Positions 34,255 to 43,255 of a DNA stretch of 64,000 nt are shown here, in pieces. Under the pieces are notes generated by a model. That model saw only the letters and a list, made by a program, of their open reading frames with translations, searched no databases and was not told the origin of the DNA. Position numbers and translations under genes: made by a program. How positions within the stretch are numbered: the stretch's first letter is position 1; every line of letters begins with the position of its first letter. This stretch comes from an uncultured virus (IMG/VR IMGVR_UViG_3300040957_000063) (lineage: Duplodnaviria > Heunggongvirae > Uroviricota > Caudoviricetes). Location of the stretch: the IMG/VR virus record IMGVR_UViG_3300040957_000063; one strand, 5' to 3'.

Positions 34255-35090
34255 CTCCCCTACCCCAAAAGCATTGATGAAATTTTCTGCATCAATTTCA
34301 AAAAATAGGCATTTTTATTATTTTCTTTTCTCGAAATCTTAGCTGATTATTTTCAAATTAATAAGAAAATAAGAAATAAAAATAATTCCAAAAATTTTTC
34401 CAAAACTATTTCGAAAAATTAATTCTCAAAAATCAAATTTTCCAAAAAAATCGCCTATGTACCTGTTTTTTCGGTGACCATTTTTTTAAAAAAATTTTTT
34501 TCGAAAGGTTTATATAGAAGCCATTTTCGAAAAGTTTATAAGTGGGAGAAGAATTTTCGGTTAATCATCTGATTAAATTAGCTGGTTTGCCCCGACCAGA
34601 GTGGTATGAGGGCTGGTAGCATCAGAACCGAGTGTAACCGTGTCAGAACCGAGTTGACGGATATGCCATCTGGTTCACGAAATCGGGTAAATTTAATCAA
34701 CTGATTAAACAAGCAGATTTCGAGCCGAGGTTCATCTTTTCACTTCGAGAAATTTCGAACGTTCAGAGGCATGGGAAAATTTGTGCCGACCAGAGATTTT
34801 CACGTATCTGAGCTTGGGTCTCCCCGACAAAAATCGGTAGAATATCGCTCCTTTTCGGAAATTCGACCCATTTCGAAAAGTGGGGTATGGTCAATTTGCG
34901 TGGTGGGTTAACCCGCCGAGGAAAATCGGGAGAACATCGCTCCGTTTGGCGAATTCGATTCAGTTCGATGGTCAGATTGGTTCGTCTGACCAGCCTTCGA
35001 GGGCACACCGCTTTTTTAATCCATTGATTAACTGACAAACTCATGGGCGAGAATGGACTTTTCGGGGTAAGGTTTATAAGCAACCGAACT
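34255..35090. other. Long non-coding region, candidate replication origin or control region
   Basis: A/T-tract block 34300-34560, then a GC-richer block; three TTAATC-N4-GATTAA palindromes; direct repeat TCAGAACCGAGT at 34622 and 34643; many TTCGA(A). Confidence 0.4.
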
Positions 35091-35110
35091 ATCTCTTATA
35101 TTTGACCAAT

Positions 35111-36293
35111 ATGAGTGACCCTGAATTAGTAGTTGAAAAGTGTAAAGAATGCGATAAAGACTGTTGGGGTTACCAATGGAACGAGAAAAAACAGGGTTAT
35201 ATCTGTCTCGGAGAAGAAATGGGGTTGTTCGGAGAAGAAAAGGAACAGGTTGAATTTACTTGATGGAATCTGACTCTCCTTATTTACCAAAGTGTCCTAA
35301 CTGTGGACGTAACTTATGGAACATAGATAAAAAGGATATAAAATGGGTTCCGAATGGTCACAAATACAAAATGGGAAACAAAATGGTTGAAGCAGTTGAC
35401 CCCGTTCCAATTAGGGGAACTTGCGGTTGGTGCGATGCAGTAGTCAACTTTGAGGAATTAAAAGATGAGGTTGTGCAATTTACATGACAGACGAAACTTG
35501 TGGACGATGCCACAGAACTTTCCACGAGCATTTAGGTATGGTTTCGCCTATTGACGATAAAGGACGTAGCACAGGCAACGTTTTGCTTTGCCGTGTCTGT
35601 ATGGAACTTTGGCATAAAGTTTACTATTCTGCTGGCAATAAAATCGGTAGCATAGAGTTTTTTATAAAATGGGATAAGCAATGGAGAAAGTTTATGAGGG
35701 GCGAAGCAATTATAAAAGAGAGGATTGATTTTACTTGATAGACGAAACTTGTGACCGTTGTGGTACTCATACGTACTTATTCACTTATGGATATAGCAAA
35801 GTTGGCTGTCACTTGTGTAAAAAATGCGCTCGTGAGTGGGAAAAATTTATAATGGACATTCACGTTAAAAGTAAAGTTCCGTTAGCTTCTGAAGATTGGC
35901 ATAAAATAGCTAACGAACATTTAGCCGAGTTTTTACTTCAAACCCCAGAGAAGGTAGAGTTTACTTGAGCATAAAGACTTATAGAACAAAAAGAGAAGGC
36001 GTTGTTCGAATGAGTTTGAAAGAATCAAGAGAAGGAAACTCTGTTAATCACAGTTTCGTAATTGACGGGGTACGTTATAAGTTTTTAGGATTCGAACAGC
36101 CAGACGGCAAAATAACTAAGAAACGCGGAGATGGAATTCCCGTGTTTCAAGTAAGGGTTAAACAGAAGGTCGAATTCACTTGAACATGGACTTTCTTGAG
36201 AAAGCTATAAAAGACTGTAATTGCTCATTCTGTATTAAAAAAAGACGAGAACAAGAAGAGAAAAATCCAAAGGAACAGGTAAGTTTCACATGA
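35111..36293 (+). other. Chain 3 of six coupled microprotein genes ending in [VI]xFT
   Basis: 35111-35263 EQVEFT, 35260-35487 EVVQFT, 35484-35738 ERIDFT, 35735-35968 EKVEFT, 35965-36183 QKVEFT, 36180-36293 EQVSFT; CATG-box promoter at 35049. Confidence 0.88.
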
Positions 36294-36303
36294 CCGAACA
36301 CAT

Positions 36304-36654
36304 ATGCAGTTATCGAGAGGGAATAAAAAAATGAACCCATATATTAAGAAAATCGTAAAACATAAGGCTAAGATAGCTAAGAAACAATCGGAACTAAGTA
36401 GGCTGTTAGAAGGTCTGTCAGGATTCCGTAGTGCGATTCTCGGCGAACTTGATGCTCTGGAACAGGGCAGAATAGTTAGTTTGCAACGTGCAAAAGAACT
36501 ATACGACCAACGTGTTGCCGATGCAAAAGCCCTCTACGAAGTCACACTTACTAATGCAGAAGCGACCCAAAGCAGAACCATTGATAGCGTAAACAGCACG
36601 ACTGACGCACAGAAAGCAGAACTACAAGCTGTCGTTGACGAACACTTTTCATAA
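36304..36654 (+). CDS. Coiled-coil protein
   Basis: All-helical amphipathic sequence; T-rich terminator-like tract after the stop. Confidence 0.55.
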   Translation: MQLSRGNKKMNPYIKKIVKHKAKIAKKQSELSRLLEGLSGFRSAILGELDALEQGRIVSLQRAKELYDQRVADAKALYEVTLTNAEATQSRTIDSVNSTTDAQKAELQAVVDEHFS

Positions 36655-36736
36655 AACCCCTTTTCTTTTTTTTATTAATTTACCCATAATATTTAAATAT
36701 TTGAATGTATATTGTTTATTATGTGAAATAATTCAA

Positions 36737-37210
36737 ATGCCAAGAGATTTAGAACATAAAAAAGAATGGTCTAAGAATTATTATAAGGAACATAGAGAAT
36801 ATCTTTTAAAATTAATGGAAAATTGGCGAAAAACCCATAAAGATAAAAAGAGAGAACTTGATAAAAAATATACTAAAGAACATAAAGAAGAGAGAAAAGA
36901 ATATCTTCATCGCCCAGATATTAAAATTAGAAATATAAAATCTCATAAAAAATGGATAAAAACACATCCAGAGGAAGCAAGAAAACTTTGGGATAGACAA
37001 AGAGAAGAGAGACAAAAATTAGGACATATTCCTCTTAATAATTATTTTGAGGGTTCTCATGGTCATCATATTAATGAGGATTTTATAATTTATATTCCAG
37101 AGGAACTTCACACATCAATATGGCATTGTCTAAAAACAGGTCGGGGTATGGAAGAAATAAATATCAAAGCATTTGAGTGGTTTGAAATGAACATAGGGAA
37201 ACTACCATAA
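36737..37210 (+). CDS. HNH-like endonuclease (GHHI...ELH family)
   Basis: Basic helical N-terminus, LGHIPLN...GHHIN...YIPEELHTSI...TGRGMEEIN; paralogues at 46242 and 53929. Confidence 0.6.
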   Translation: MPRDLEHKKEWSKNYYKEHREYLLKLMENWRKTHKDKKRELDKKYTKEHKEERKEYLHRPDIKIRNIKSHKKWIKTHPEEARKLWDRQREERQKLGHIPLNNYFEGSHGHHINEDFIIYIPEELHTSIWHCLKTGRGMEEINIKAFEWFEMNIGKLP

Positions 37211-37628
37211 CATTTATAAGTAGCGATGTTATTAATATTTTCTTGATGACCTATGAACCATTCGTTCCGAGATAAAGGATTTGCAATTCTATTGTTGGCA
37301 AAATATTATATGTAAATGTTTAATGTATATATATGATTGGAAAGCCAAAGAAGAAGGCGATAATTCTCGGTAATGCGTCCCGTCCCTTCATGGACGAAGC
37401 CTAAACCTCTAACGGTTATTCCGTTCGGGATGTTCACTTTTTGATTTTCTAAACGGAGTTAATTTTTCTCAACGTCAAATTTTTTAGGGCAACAAAACCG
37501 CAAAAAATCGAATTTTTAATCACCTGATTAAATTAACGACTTTTCAAAACCCATAGAACTCCGCGAAATCGTTCGAGAACCCTTCGATACCGCAACCTTT
37601 ATAAGAGAGTAAAACATCCTCTTTTCTT

Positions 37629-38000
37629 GTGAAAACTATGGTAATGACAGCAAAAATAAGACGAAAATACGGGTTCAATACATTAAAAAAAACTCCATTT
37701 AAGACGATTAGACCAATTGACCATAATGAATTGGTTATTAAAGCAAAAGAACAATTATTAAAGGATAAAATTGATATTGAAGCTATTATTGTCAATCCTC
37801 TTCCAGACATCATTCTTATTGATTGGAAAAACAGAAAAATATCTGCTGTAGAAGTGTCGCATTGTGAACAAGAGAAGGAGAAAACACTTAATTATTGTAA
37901 ATCAGACTTTAAATCAATCCTTTTTATGAAAGCGAGAAGGAGAAGGGTTCATCCAACTAACAGACCAAAATTTAAGATAAAAACTATTGAGAGAAAATAG
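37629..38000 (+). CDS. Possible PD-(D/E)xK-fold protein
   Basis: LPDIILID...ISAVEVS pattern. Confidence 0.35.
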   Translation: MKTMVMTAKIRRKYGFNTLKKTPFKTIRPIDHNELVIKAKEQLLKDKIDIEAIIVNPLPDIILIDWKNRKISAVEVSHCEQEKEKTLNYCKSDFKSILFMKARRRRVHPTNRPKFKIKTIERK

Positions 38001-38149
38001 TGAGGCGAAATCAATCCGTAATTTTCTTGCCTTTTTATGGGTTGATACGTGAAAGACCATAACAAAAAACCATATAAAAGCAAGAATTTCTTCGACCAAA
38101 CTTCGACAATTTTTGTACCATAAAGTTTAAATAGTTGGATGTTATAGTA

Positions 38150-38519
38150 ACTATTGCATATTGCTCGGATAAAGAGTAACTCTCAGATAAGGGGTAATAT
38201 GCTGAGGACTCTGGTTGAATGTAAGCAAAGGTGGGAACACCGTCTAAGTAGGATAATGACTTAGAATGCGCTAACCGAATCGCCTCTCTTCAACTTCGCC
38301 TCATTGTGACGGCTTGAAGGCTGTAGCTCCTAACGGGGAACTTGGCTGGTGATGGAAATGACCCAGAATGCCCGTACCGACTTCTAACTTGAGCGTAGGA
38401 ATCAAGTAGGGTTAGGTGTCAGCGTACCGTTAAAGGGACAGCGTAGATGCATAGCCCTGTTCCGAGGAATTGCGTCAACGGGGAAATAAAACTCCCCCAA
38501 GCCGACTATTAACTTTTTT
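38150..38519 (+). ncRNA. Candidate ~370-nt structured ncRNA
   Basis: No ORF of 60 aa or more; TATA tttaaata near 38126; GC-richer than the flanks; stem gcatattgc/gtaatatgc; ends in a T-tract at 38514-38519. Confidence 0.5.
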
Positions 38520-38571
38520 CAGCATGATGATTCTTCCATAACATTTATATAGTTGCTTGACTTATTGGTGC

Positions 38572-38770
38572 TTGTTAACACGGCACAATTAGCCCCCGTT
38601 AGCATACGAACCGTGAGTAAAGGCACGGGGAGTAAAAGGCAGAATAGGCGATGGTCACGGATAGCTAACGTGAACATGTATGCGGAATCTGTACGGTGCT
38701 ATCAATGAGGTCAACCGACCATAATCGGCTAAAGTCCGTCACTATGCGACATGGCGCGAGGTTAACATTT
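38572..38770 (+). ncRNA. Candidate ~195-nt structured ncRNA
   Basis: Own CATG-box/TATA promoter (38520-38551); closing stem tgttaac/gttaaca; internal stems ttagcc/ggctaa, gcatac/gtatgc, ccgtg/cacgg, tcacg/cgtga, ccga/tcgg. Confidence 0.55.
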
Positions 38771-38974
38771 ATACAACCTTTACAACTCTTATTATCTTCA
38801 AAACAAGTATGTTGGTTCTGGCGTAACCTTTATAAGCAACTTTGATGTACTCTTTATCTAAAGTGGTAAGATGACAACAAACGCAAAAGAAGAACGAAGA
38901 TATTGTCCGTATCAATGCAAGTACATTGTTTGTACGGGCGAATGCGATGGATGCATAAACGAGGTTGAATACCT

Positions 38975-39586
38975 ATGACCGAACCAACTTCATTCGACCC
39001 ATTCAAGATTTTGTATAAAATCGAGTTTCACGAGACAAAAGAAGCTGGCTATATCCGCGCTGGAATAGAAACGCGCTTTTACATAAAGTCATCTCCATAT
39101 CTTTCGTTAACAGAACCTAATAACCTTCACGATTTTCTCAAGTATTGTGACGATATTAAGAGTTGGAATGGCAATTATAAAGAGGAAGAATTCAAATATC
39201 AATATGAGAAAGCAATGCGGTCTAAAAGAGATAATCCTCATTTTCATTTTTCCGTTAACGGAATGAATTGTGAAGTTTACCCGAAGCAAAGTTACATTGC
39301 AGTTTACGAAGTTAATTTGCACTATATTTGCCAGCACAGTTTTGACATATTTCCGAACCAAGTTAAAGAACTTTTCTATGCTCACGACCCCCGTGGAAAA
39401 CCAATAGGAAAACTTTACCCGATAAAGCGATGCAAACTTGAAAATTGTGGACAACATAGTGATTATTTTGTCGTTAAGAATAGCGATATACTCTCAGGTT
39501 TTATGCAAAGTAGAGAAGAAAATGAGAAATATCACGATAGTTTTGTTGAGTGGATAAAACACAGGAGATTTATAGAGGTAAAGTAA
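38975..39586 (+). CDS. Hypothetical protein
   Basis: 203-aa ORF with GAGGT RBS. Confidence 0.6.
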   Translation: MTEPTSFDPFKILYKIEFHETKEAGYIRAGIETRFYIKSSPYLSLTEPNNLHDFLKYCDDIKSWNGNYKEEEFKYQYEKAMRSKRDNPHFHFSVNGMNCEVYPKQSYIAVYEVNLHYICQHSFDIFPNQVKELFYAHDPRGKPIGKLYPIKRCKLENCGQHSDYFVVKNSDILSGFMQSREENEKYHDSFVEWIKHRRFIEVK

Positions 39587-39909
39587 ATGAGGAAATGTAC
39601 AACTACCCCGTGCCCGTATAAAGAGCCTTACTGTCCTAATTGTGGTTTTTATAAAGAGGTAAAGTAAAATGTGTCAATATCGTGCTGGATTAGTCAAAAA
39701 TTGCAATAGGTGTAAATCCTCAATACGAAAGACTTGTGATTTACGCAAAAAAGGAAAGAACAAGTCATATAACGATGCTCTAAAAACAGGAGAACACAAA
39801 CAATGAGAAAAGTAGTTGGGTTTACAAACCAATTCGGAAAACTTTGTGAAATAGTCACAAACGGCGAAGAAGTCTCTGTAGAAGAGACAAAACAGGAGTG
39901 CATAGAATA

Positions 39910-40878
39910 ATGAGTGAAGATAAAAGTAAAGAAAGTAATGAGGAATTGCGAGAACGAGCTAACAAAATTTTAGAACGAATGAATCAAATTATGAGTCAAG
40001 CGAAAGGTGAGGAAGAAACTCAAGCGTTTGATAAACCGATAGATGTGACGGCGAACGCTTTAACTACCAAACCGAATGACGCAACATTAAAGTCTAAGAT
40101 TGTTGTTTTTAAAAGTGGAACATTTTTGGATAAGTTTTTCTTAGATAAAGACGATAAACTTTTGGAAGGTATTCCAAAGGTTGCTCAAATAGGCATAGTT
40201 GGAAACCCAGATGTAGGCAAGTCATTAATTGCTCAAGAACTTGCTTTGAGATTGGCAAGTGAGGGACACAAAGTTATCTTTACCACAAGTGAAGATATTT
40301 TTGAGGCAAACAACGACAGGTTTGACTTGCAGAGCCGAATGAAGGTAATGGCTGACTTTTTACAACTTGATTGGCAAAAAGTTAAGGCTAACTTGGTTGT
40401 GTTGGATGTTATTGCTCATAGTCAACTTCGGGATTGGCGAACTTTAGTGTCTGTTTACCGAGTATTAGTTGAACAAGAAAAGGCAGAGTTTCTAATAGTG
40501 GATTCTTTAACTCTATTGGACGATTACCGCGCTGGCTTAAAATATCATCTTGGAGAGTTTATTCGTTATAATCAAGCAAAAGGCGTGACAGGAATCTATA
40601 TTTCACAGAAGGCAAATGAGGATGCAATTGACCAACACGGGCTTGCGGGGGGAATTGCTCTAAGTCATCTTTTAGACGTTGAATTCGAAATTAACTTTAA
40701 GAAAGTGTGGTCTGGTGATGGACAAATGAAACTTGATACTGACGCAAAACAGGGCGATATTCTTCACTTCATACGGGTTTTAAAATGCAGAATAACAAAA
40801 GCAGATATGAAATATCATAGGCTTCAAATAACGAAAGACGGAATTTTGAGCATGGTGGTTCTGCCTAAACCTTTATAA
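39910..40878 (+). CDS. KaiC-domain RecA-superfamily ATPase (resembles the archaeal AF_0795-type family)
   Basis: FLDKFF...GIP, Walker A GNPDVGKS, Walker B IVDSLT, ISQK, AGGIALSHLLD, IRVLKCR. Confidence 0.82.
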   Translation: MSEDKSKESNEELRERANKILERMNQIMSQAKGEEETQAFDKPIDVTANALTTKPNDATLKSKIVVFKSGTFLDKFFLDKDDKLLEGIPKVAQIGIVGNPDVGKSLIAQELALRLASEGHKVIFTTSEDIFEANNDRFDLQSRMKVMADFLQLDWQKVKANLVVLDVIAHSQLRDWRTLVSVYRVLVEQEKAEFLIVDSLTLLDDYRAGLKYHLGEFIRYNQAKGVTGIYISQKANEDAIDQHGLAGGIALSHLLDVEFEINFKKVWSGDGQMKLDTDAKQGDILHFIRVLKCRITKADMKYHRLQITKDGILSMVVLPKPL

Positions 40879-40910
40879 GTGAGGGACGCATAATAGTTTA
40901 GTGATAAAAA

Positions 40911-41729
40911 ATGAGTAATAAACTATTAAAACAAGATTCGTTTGGAAATTGGAACTTCGAGAAATGTTCAAAAGAAGATTTAAATTTTACTCTCGAAGAT
41001 GATACCGAAGTTCTTATTGTGGATTGGCAATTAGGGCATGAAGATGTTCATTTACAAACTTTAAAAAATCTTGTCGATTGGTGTCTTGAAAAACCACATA
41101 GATATTGTGTTTTACAGGATTTTCTTGATGATAATTGGCTCTCAAAATTTAATATTTTATCTTATGGTTCTGATAGTGAAACTGAAGAATTAAAAAGGCT
41201 TGAACAACAATTACGAATTCTTAAACCGATTTATCATAGATTTTTATTTCAAATAGGTTCTAATCATTGGATGCGAAGATTTGGGTTAAATCTTCCAGCA
41301 CAACAATCACAAAGAGCAAGAACACAATTTAATAAAATTTATGGAAAAATTTATCAAGAAAACATAAATTTTAAACAATATTATAGTACAGAATGTTTAA
41401 TAACATTAAAATTCAAAACTAAACCATCGCTTAAAATACCTTTTCTCCATCCATCAAGATTAGGTTCTTCAACAACAGCAATGAATCGTGTATTAAATTA
41501 TGGGGACAAAGCCTATGGGGTAGCTATTGGTCATGTTCATAGTAATATACAAAAAACTATTCAAACTGCTTATGGTCATACAATGAGAATTTGGTTTGCA
41601 TCACATTTGTTTGCGGAACAGCCAGAATATGAGAAAGAAAGAATGGCAACGTTTGAACCAAGTAAACCGTTAATATTATCATGGAAAAAAGACCCGTTAA
41701 CTAAAAGAGATGAATTTACATGCCAATAA
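40911..41729 (+). CDS. Calcineurin-like metallophosphoesterase
   Basis: DWQLGH, QDFLDD, GSNH, LHP, IGHVH in the canonical order; overlaps the next gene by 10 nt. Confidence 0.7.
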   Translation: MSNKLLKQDSFGNWNFEKCSKEDLNFTLEDDTEVLIVDWQLGHEDVHLQTLKNLVDWCLEKPHRYCVLQDFLDDNWLSKFNILSYGSDSETEELKRLEQQLRILKPIYHRFLFQIGSNHWMRRFGLNLPAQQSQRARTQFNKIYGKIYQENINFKQYYSTECLITLKFKTKPSLKIPFLHPSRLGSSTTAMNRVLNYGDKAYGVAIGHVHSNIQKTIQTAYGHTMRIWFASHLFAEQPEYEKERMATFEPSKPLILSWKKDPLTKRDEFTCQ

Positions 41730-43078
41730 GTATAGCACCAAAAGATAAATCATATATTCGAGAGGAATATAAAAAAACCCCAATAATTGAGACACAAAAA
41801 CGACTTGCCGATGAATATGGTTGTTCTATTGGTGATATTCAATGGATTCTTGGTAAACTTGCTGATAAAAAAAGATTAGAAGACAAAAGACTTATTCAAG
41901 ATGCTAATGAACGTCACCGTGAGAAAACAATAGCTAAACAAAAAGAGAGAAAAGTAAAGAAAAATGAGGGAGTTTGGGAACTTCCAACTGTAACAGTTAA
42001 ATCCGTTCAACTAAAAGTTACGCTTGAACAAGATAAAAAACTGTATGAACATTACACAGAATTTAGAAGTTTTGCTAACTTTATTAAAGAAGGGATTGCA
42101 AGAACCACATCTAAAATACTTGCATTTAACATTAATGATGAGGAAATATTAACTGAATTTAATGATACAGTAAACGCTTTATTGAATGAACATATTAATG
42201 ATAAACAAGAAAAAACTTTAACCCGTTTACTAACTAAATTACCTAAAGGCAATTCATATGATTTTGTTAAAAAATATAGACAAAAGAATGGAAATTTAGA
42301 CCCTAATTGGTTGTGTGGTTGTGCAACATCTTTCTGTAATACTACTATTCCAACTGCTATACGGGGCGTTTATTTAGGCAAAGTTGGGTTCCCATTTAGC
42401 GGAAAAATATCTCCCGAAACAACAAGCAACAGTATAGAAGTGATAAAAGAAAACGATAAATATTGGCTGTTGTTTGATGGATTAAAAATAGAAATATTAT
42501 ATCAAAATCACGATGAATACTATGGTTTGGGAACAGAAAAACAATTGCATGAATATTGGGATGAGGGGGTTTATCATGGTGGCTATATACTTAAAGCCAA
42601 AAATGGAAATTGGTACGTTAAATTCGGTATTCCACGAAAAGAATCAACGTTTAAATGGGACGAAAACTCTAAGAAAGTATTCATGGTGATTCAGCCAACA
42701 TTTAACGAATTGGGAATAGTTTGGAACGCTGAATATTTTAACGAACTTAACCAACAAGTTTTCAGAGCGACTTTACTTCATGCAGTTTCAACCTCAAGAC
42801 TATTAAGTAAAGAGAAGGATTATAGAACCATTCATGTTAGGATTGCAATTAAGAAATTATTTAGAGTTTGGCATGAACGTTTTCAAACAATGAAACCTAT
42901 GGTTGTGTTACAAGAAACAATTGGCACTCAAAAACGTGAAATTACCAATATGAACCCAACATTTATACTTCAAGAAAAACTTAAAAGCAAACTTAGTGAA
43001 GTGAATGGATTTGGGGCAAATATTCAAGATGTTGAACCATTTAATATAGAGGTAATTCGCTCTCGATTAGCTATATAA
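41720..43078 (+). CDS. Cas12f/TnpB-like effector, predicted nuclease-dead and C-terminally truncated, with N-terminal HTH
   Basis: Directly precedes a CRISPR array. HTH-like TQKRLADEYGCSIGDIQWIL. TnpB-like order VKSVQLKV...FRSFANF...NGNWYVKFGI...VFMVIQP (RuvC-I position)...VVLQE (RuvC-II)...LQEKLKSK...VEP, then stop with no CxxC Zn finger or RuvC-III. Confidence 0.6.
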   Translation: MPISIAPKDKSYIREEYKKTPIIETQKRLADEYGCSIGDIQWILGKLADKKRLEDKRLIQDANERHREKTIAKQKERKVKKNEGVWELPTVTVKSVQLKVTLEQDKKLYEHYTEFRSFANFIKEGIARTTSKILAFNINDEEILTEFNDTVNALLNEHINDKQEKTLTRLLTKLPKGNSYDFVKKYRQKNGNLDPNWLCGCATSFCNTTIPTAIRGVYLGKVGFPFSGKISPETTSNSIEVIKENDKYWLLFDGLKIEILYQNHDEYYGLGTEKQLHEYWDEGVYHGGYILKAKNGNWYVKFGIPRKESTFKWDENSKKVFMVIQPTFNELGIVWNAEYFNELNQQVFRATLLHAVSTSRLLSKEKDYRTIHVRIAIKKLFRVWHERFQTMKPMVVLQETIGTQKREITNMNPTFILQEKLKSKLSEVNGFGANIQDVEPFNIEVIRSRLAI

Positions 43079-43109
43079 CTTTGAATTGAAACCGATTATC
43101 TATATAAAG

Positions 43110-43255
43110 AACTTTACAGTTACGAGTTAATCGTAAATGACTCCCTTATGGGGAGCAACAGAGTGACGGCTAAAACATAATGCCACAAATAAATACCGTA
43201 TTCCAACATGGATTATGGCTCTTATGGGGTCATGGGTGAGTTTCAACTCCTTACG
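43110..43255 (+). ncRNA. Candidate tracrRNA/scaffold RNA
   Basis: TATA-like tatataaa at 43101; hairpins 43120-43136 and 43141-43155; 43201-43225 (TTCCAA...TCTTAT) is partly complementary to the repeat (ATAAGA...TTGGAA). Confidence 0.5.

Noticed and set aside
34763..35083. 106-aa minus-strand ORF in the non-coding region
   Set aside because: No RBS, atypical composition, and it overlaps a palindrome and a promoter; likely spurious.
37370..37445. tRNA or hammerhead ribozyme
   Set aside because: No T-loop or anticodon arm and no CUGAUGA core on either strand; no tRNA was recognised anywhere in the window.
38150..38519. RNase P, SRP RNA or group I intron identity
   Set aside because: GAGGAAAGUCC, the SRP helix-8 motif and the P7/R/S consensus sequences were not found; left unassigned.
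41720..43078. IS200/IS605 transposon TnpB
   Set aside because: No TnpA or IS ends seen, the catalytic C-terminus is missing, and a true multi-spacer array follows.
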